From IMG/VR virus record IMGVR_UViG_3300031466_000009, positions 1-38,926 of that record: a stretch of DNA of 38,926 nucleotides. The stretch is one strand, 5' to 3'. Shown one piece after another: positions 35,027 through 38,926 of this stretch (position 1 is its first letter; every line of letters begins with the position of its first letter). The position numbers and the translations under genes are program-made. The DNA comes from a virus. Lineage: Duplodnaviria > Caudoviricetes. Below the pieces are notes generated by a model, which saw only the letters and a program-made list of their open reading frames with translations, had not been told where the DNA came from and made no database searches.

Positions 35027-35334
35027 ATCCTTTTCCCACCGTGCTTGTATTGCCGTCTCTTGTTGCGCTCCATTTTCGCGTAAATCGCGGATTCAAGATC
35101 CAATCCGAAATAAGCGCAGGTGTCAAAAATTCGAATGCAGGTATCCGCGAATTCTTCTGCCAACCGAGCGCGCATTTCTTGTCCGCTCAAAGAACGGTAT
35201 GCCTCCAATGCCTCCGAAAGCTCGGAATGCATCAGCGCAATATGCGTTGGAATGCTTTGCGGATCGTCATACCAACCTTTAGAGACTGCGGTTTCGTGTG
35301 CTTCTTTGCACAATTCAGTTATGGTCTTGTGCAT
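35023..35334 (-). CDS. MazG-like nucleotide pyrophosphohydrolase
   Basis: SELSEALE...EEFAD motif; KMERNKRR..KHGGK C-terminus. Confidence 0.85.
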   Translation of the reverse strand: MHKTITELCKEAHETAVSKGWYDDPQSIPTHIALMHSELSEALEAYRSLSGQEMRARLAEEFADTCIRIFDTCAYFGLDLESAIYAKMERNKRRQYKHGGKRI

Positions 35335-35349
35335 GTTCTACCCTCCCTC

Positions 35350-35384
35350 TGAAAAGAAAGGGAGATTCGAAGCTGAATCTCCCT
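35350..35384 (-). terminator. Intrinsic terminator after SSB gene
   Basis: AGGGAGATTC-AGCTTC-GAATCTCCCT-TTCTTTTC. Confidence 0.75.
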
Positions 35385-35394
35385 ATTCAGGGCA

Positions 35395-35997
35395 TTAGCT
35401 CAAGAAGTCTTCATCGTCGCCGGTTTCGATGACATCGTCGAAATCTTCATTCGCAAAGTCATCTTGTACGCTCGCCCGGCCGCCGAGGAATTCGCCGTCC
35501 TGGACCTTCACGATGTTGTTGAGGCCGGCGGCCACTCCTTTGTTCCCCTTCGCGTCGAACGGATAGAAGTTGATTGAAACTTTTGCATAGCAGCCGGAAT
35601 AGACTTCCGTGCTGTCCGTGATCTCCTGGAACTTGATCCGACCGTCCGGACCTTTGCCGATCGGTTTGGCGATTCCCGGTTTCGTCTTCGAGGTTGCGTT
35701 GAGGAAATAGTGGCCGGCATACGCTTCATCGTCTGGACGCTCTTCGTCGCCGTCACGCAGCGGCTTTTTGAGGTTGGCCGGAACCTTCCCGCCCCACTTC
35801 GACGTCTTGCCCTGTTCGATCGCAGCATCCACTGCCGCCTTGATTTTGCGCAGCGTCTCCTTGTCCGATTTCGGGATCAGGACGCTGCAGCTGTACTTTT
35901 CATTGCCGTCGTCATCCGGACGCGGTTCGAATACGTGTACGTACGACAAGCGCACTTTTCCCGTGATCACTTTGGTCGCTTGATTGTCATTTGCCAT
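35395..35997 (-). CDS. DUF2815 ssDNA-binding protein (T7 gp2.5-like)
   Basis: VRLSY..VFEP, PLRDGD, YSGCY and GVAAGLNN motifs; acidic tail ending DFLS. Confidence 0.92.
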   Translation of the reverse strand: MANDNQATKVITGKVRLSYVHVFEPRPDDDGNEKYSCSVLIPKSDKETLRKIKAAVDAAIEQGKTSKWGGKVPANLKKPLRDGDEERPDDEAYAGHYFLNATSKTKPGIAKPIGKGPDGRIKFQEITDSTEVYSGCYAKVSINFYPFDAKGNKGVAAGLNNIVKVQDGEFLGGRASVQDDFANEDFDDVIETGDDEDFLS

Positions 35998-36003
35998 GAT
36001 TGA

Positions 36004-37197
36004 TCAGTCCTCCAAATTGAAATTTTCGTTTGCAAAGTCGTGTTCGACGCTGTTGATCTCTGGTCGACGGTCCGTCTCCGGAACCAATACAGGCTTGCCG
36101 GGTGGCTTCTGGATCAGCTCGCCGAGCAATTCGGCCAGTTGCTTCTTGCCGACCCGCTTCTCCAGTTCGCCGAGCGGCAGAAGGCTCGTTCGCATGAACT
36201 GGGTGATGCCTGCGCTTCCGAGGCGTTTCACGGCCTCCTCTTCGTCCGTAATCCTCCGATTGCTCCGGCCTTCGACCAACTTCCAGCCCGGGAACCGGGT
36301 ACCGCGCACCGCCTGACCGAGCGCATATTCCTGCACATCCTTCGCCCAGGCGGCGAGCTGATCCGCGATGTGCAGGATTTGGCCGATCTCATCGATGGTA
36401 AGGAGTGCCGGGTCCTGAAACTCGTATTGCAGCGCCTTCATGTTCTCGTTGGCGCGGGCGCGGCAGGTCGCCTTGACCTTGCACCACCGGCAATGATCAC
36501 CCGCTTTGAAGTCGCCCTTGCCGGTAAAGGCAAGCTCGGCAGCCGGACGAACTACACTCTCGGCCCATTCCAGGAGCTCGTCCACGGCCATAATGTCCGT
36601 GCTGATATTGTCCAGCCGGGGCTGCACGATCGTCATATGCACCTCACGGATGTCGTACAGATAGCCGTACCCCGCCAATGCGCCGAGTGCGTAGAGCCGA
36701 ATTTGCGGATTGCCGACGGCAGATACCGGTACACCCTTGCCGTACTTGAGGTCAATGATTTCCATCACGCCGTCGGCGATCAGGACGACGTCACCGGTGC
36801 CGTATCCGTCCGGCACCCACTCCGAGAAATCCAGTCGCTCCTCGAACAGCACGATTCCATCCTTTGACCGGGCTTTCGCGGCCATGAACCGCTCTTCGAC
36901 GATCTCGCAGTAGAAGGTAACGGCGGTCTCCATCTCGGCGTCATAAAACTTGTTCGACGCTTTGAACGCTTCTATAGCGTCGTCCAGCTCTTTCCGCTTC
37001 GCGCGATTGCAAGGAAGCAGCCGGCGCCTGAGCCGGAGCTCGGCTAACTCATGCGCCGCCGTTCCTTCGTCTGCGTACTCGCTGCGTCGGTCCGGAATGC
37101 CTTCCTGGAGCCGAGCGCTGGGCGGGCAGTTGATCCACTGCGCAGCCTTCGACGCGGACAGCAGAGCGTGGGTTCGTTCGGCGTGCGCTGTTGTCAT
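36004..37197 (-). CDS. DUF2800 Cas4-like PD-(D/E)XK exonuclease
   Basis: HALLSAS..W..CP.S, GTAAHE, GTGD, DLKYG, NPQ..LYA and C.WC....C motifs. Confidence 0.93.
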   Translation of the reverse strand: MTTAHAERTHALLSASKAAQWINCPPSARLQEGIPDRRSEYADEGTAAHELAELRLRRRLLPCNRAKRKELDDAIEAFKASNKFYDAEMETAVTFYCEIVEERFMAAKARSKDGIVLFEERLDFSEWVPDGYGTGDVVLIADGVMEIIDLKYGKGVPVSAVGNPQIRLYALGALAGYGYLYDIREVHMTIVQPRLDNISTDIMAVDELLEWAESVVRPAAELAFTGKGDFKAGDHCRWCKVKATCRARANENMKALQYEFQDPALLTIDEIGQILHIADQLAAWAKDVQEYALGQAVRGTRFPGWKLVEGRSNRRITDEEEAVKRLGSAGITQFMRTSLLPLGELEKRVGKKQLAELLGELIQKPPGKPVLVPETDRRPEINSVEHDFANENFNLED

Positions 37198-37478
37198 GCC
37201 CGACACCCCCGCTGCTCCAGTTGCTCCTGCAGCATACGGATCTCGTCTCGAAGCCGATCGACCTCAGCCTCCGCCCCCAGCGCCCGCCGGATCGCGTACG
37301 GCCAGCCTTCGCGGGCTTCGGCGATGAATCGCGCGTCTGAATCAGTCAAGCAATCCGCAATCATAGAGTGGTTGGCGCGTACTTCTCGCCAAAGGTCATG
37401 CTCCTTATGATCCATCCACGGTCCCGGCGTCGCCGCCTCGCAGATCGCGAGGTCGGCCTCAAGGTCGCGCGCCTGCAT
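37194..37478 (-). CDS. Hypothetical phage protein (Ead/Ea22-like)
   Basis: ATPGPW...DARFIA.AR..WP motif. Confidence 0.75.
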   Translation of the reverse strand: MQARDLEADLAICEAATPGPWMDHKEHDLWREVRANHSMIADCLTDSDARFIAEAREGWPYAIRRALGAEAEVDRLRDEIRMLQEQLEQRGCRA

Positions 37479-37912
37479 CAGGCCAGCGCCTCCAGCTCGC
37501 GCTTGAAGGCGATCCGTTTCTCAGCCGGCACCGCCGTGATGTTCGACACACCGAATTTACCGAGCAATTCTTTGATCGCGGCTTTCGCTTCCGGCCCTTT
37601 TGCGCCGATGTTGCGTGCGATTTCGCGGAGCTCGACGTCAGTCGGGATCGGCTCGTCGGAGGCATCGCTGTCATCGGTATCGGGCTCGTCGTTAGCCGGT
37701 TCGTCTTCCGGCTCCGGCGGGGTAGCCGGCGGTGCTTTGGCCGGTTCCGGCTTGGTTCGTGCAGCCCGCGCGGCGCGTTCGGCCTTCGAAGCTTCCGGCA
37801 CCAGGGCGGATTCGGCCGGCACGCTCCGGCCAACAATACCTGTGGAGAGAGCGGCAAGTTCTTGGATGGCTTGTTCGGCATTTTCGCCGTTGATCACGAT
37901 TTGAACGGACAT
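37478..37912 (-). CDS. Hypothetical phage protein typical upstream of DUF2800
   Basis: Pro/acidic linker, C-terminal IKELL.KFG..NIT.V motif; GAGGAG RBS. Confidence 0.78.
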   Translation of the reverse strand: MSVQIVINGENAEQAIQELAALSTGIVGRSVPAESALVPEASKAERAARAARTKPEPAKAPPATPPEPEDEPANDEPDTDDSDASDEPIPTDVELREIARNIGAKGPEAKAAIKELLGKFGVSNITAVPAEKRIAFKRELEALA

Positions 37913-37929
37913 GGATGAATGATTCCTCC

Positions 37930-38139
37930 TCATCTGTTGAAATACCGACTCTTGAAAAACTGCATGGCATTCTCATGATGGCGCCGCCGCGCCTCGAATA
38001 CCTTCGAGGCGATCAACCGGTTAAGCCGGGCGCGCGTCTCGTCCCGGCACCGGTGCGCTTGCTCAAGCAGCGCGCTGCCGATGATGGCGGCCTCCTGTCC
38101 GTCGAGCTCGAGGGTGATGGTGGGTTTGAGCCGCGGCAT
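37930..38139 (-). CDS. Hypothetical protein
   Basis: GGAGG RBS; fits gene tiling. Confidence 0.65.
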   Translation of the reverse strand: MPRLKPTITLELDGQEAAIIGSALLEQAHRCRDETRARLNRLIASKVFEARRRHHENAMQFFKSRYFNR

Positions 38140-38144
38140 GGCGA

Positions 38145-38552
38145 TCAACCCTCCGACGGGATACCGGGGATCGTGATGCCGAGCATTTCGAGTGTGACTC
38201 TGACGCCGGAACGCTCGCCCAATACAAATTCGCGGTCAAAGGCGTCCTCCTGCGTGTTGGGGTCGAGATTTGCGTAATATTGGGTGATTTTTTCTTGCAT
38301 CTCCGGCGTGATGGTGACCGTGATCGGCTCCGGCTCGACCTCGTAACCGTGCCGGAGGGCGTCAATGAGCCTGAAGAAATTACCCGGCTCGACCGAGAAA
38401 AAATGAAGATCGAGCCAATGGACTCCACGTACGCGGCACCATGCTTCGTCCGGGATGACCCAAAGGATGAACTCGCTCGCTTCCGGACCGCGTTCCTCCA
38501 GCACTTTTTCCAGCGCCTCGCAGATGTGCCGCGGCAGCTTGACTTTGTTCAT
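38145..38552 (-). CDS. Hypothetical phage protein
   Basis: KVKLPR....AL..GYEVE pattern common in Bacillota phage early genes. Confidence 0.72.
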   Translation of the reverse strand: MNKVKLPRHICEALEKVLEERGPEASEFILWVIPDEAWCRVRGVHWLDLHFFSVEPGNFFRLIDALRHGYEVEPEPITVTITPEMQEKITQYYANLDPNTQEDAFDREFVLGERSGVRVTLEMLGITIPGIPSEG

Positions 38553-38575
38553 ACTTCCCCTTCCCGCCCCACCTG

Positions 38576-38657
38576 TGGTATGATGGGGCTGATAACTGAT
38601 TCATTGGTCCACCGTTGCCGCGGTGGATCTGGCCGCCTGTTTGGCGGCTTTTTCTTT
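38576..38657 (+). ncRNA. Candidate ~65-nt antisense small RNA with its promoter
   Basis: Extended -10 TGGTATGAT (38576-38584), internal hairpin TCCACCG/CGGTGGA, terminator GCCGCC-TGTTT-GGCGGC-TTTTTCTTT. Confidence 0.5.
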
Positions 38658-38925
38658 ACAGTTCGGCCAGCTCTTGCTCGAGCCGCTCGATTTCCTTGCG
38701 GGCGGCCTCTGCGGCGGCTTTGGTGATGGAGCGGATTGCCTGATCACCAACGCTAGTCTTTGAGATGGTGACCCACAGTCTATCGCTAACGAACGCCTCG
38801 ATGCGGAAAGAATCGTGTTTTGCGCCACCACCAGTCCGCTCGATAAATTCCACGAAATCTAGGAGATCGTTTATTTGGCTGACAAGGATTCGGGTCTTTG
38901 CGGCTCGCTCAGCAATATGCTTTAG
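38656..38925 (-). CDS. Hypothetical protein, 5'-truncated by window edge
   Basis: Frame is open from the window edge (LKHIAERAAKTRILV...) to TAA at 38656. Confidence 0.65.
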   Translation of the reverse strand, partial: LKHIAERAAKTRILVSQINDLLDFVEFIERTGGGAKHDSFRIEAFVSDRLWVTISKTSVGDQAIRSITKAAAEAARKEIERLEQELAEL

Positions 38926-38926
38926 C

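Larger units (their letters stand above)
1..38926 (-). mobile_element. Temperate phage/prophage (contractile tail, PBSX-like tail module, SPP1-like head, PolA replication module); partial
   Basis: Continuous co-oriented replication, packaging, head, tail and lysis genes in canonical order; no integrase or att site visible in the window. Confidence 0.97.

Noticed and set aside
36004-37197. CRISPR-Cas system suggested by the Cas4-like nuclease
   Set aside because: No array or other cas genes; standard DUF2800-DUF2815-PolA phage module

Overview
This window is most of a temperate phage or prophage, nearly all on the minus strand, with a GC-rich core and Bacillota-type Shine-Dalgarno sites (a Paenibacillaceae-like host is inferred). 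Read right to left, it has four parts. (1) An early/replication block: DUF2800 Cas4-like exonuclease, DUF2815 SSB, MazG-like protein, family A DNA polymerase, C5 and N4/N6 methyltransferases, two SF2 helicases, VapE primase-helicase followed by a GGCAAC iteron origin, VRR-NUC, and an Xpf-like late regulator. (2) An SPP1-like packaging/head block. (3) A PBSX-like contractile tail block (xkdK/M/N/P/Q/R/S/T/U/X-like). (4) Lysis genes. The integrase/repressor end lies outside the window. Notable extras are: a MuF head protein with a C-terminal RelA/SpoT-type (Apk2-like, probably (p)ppApp) toxin domain and an adjacent immunity gene; two cassettes of the same design, where a sigma-H-type promoter drives a small gene antisense into the late operon and overlaps an unannotated ~53-aa gene tail-to-tail; two more accessory loci behind ECF (sigma-W/M-type) promoters; and a tRNA-like structured RNA among terminators in the late leader. 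Smaller items are a -1 frameshift in the tail chaperone, an internal start in the endolysin, and a candidate antisense sRNA. All family assignments come from recognising motifs by eye; no searches were run.
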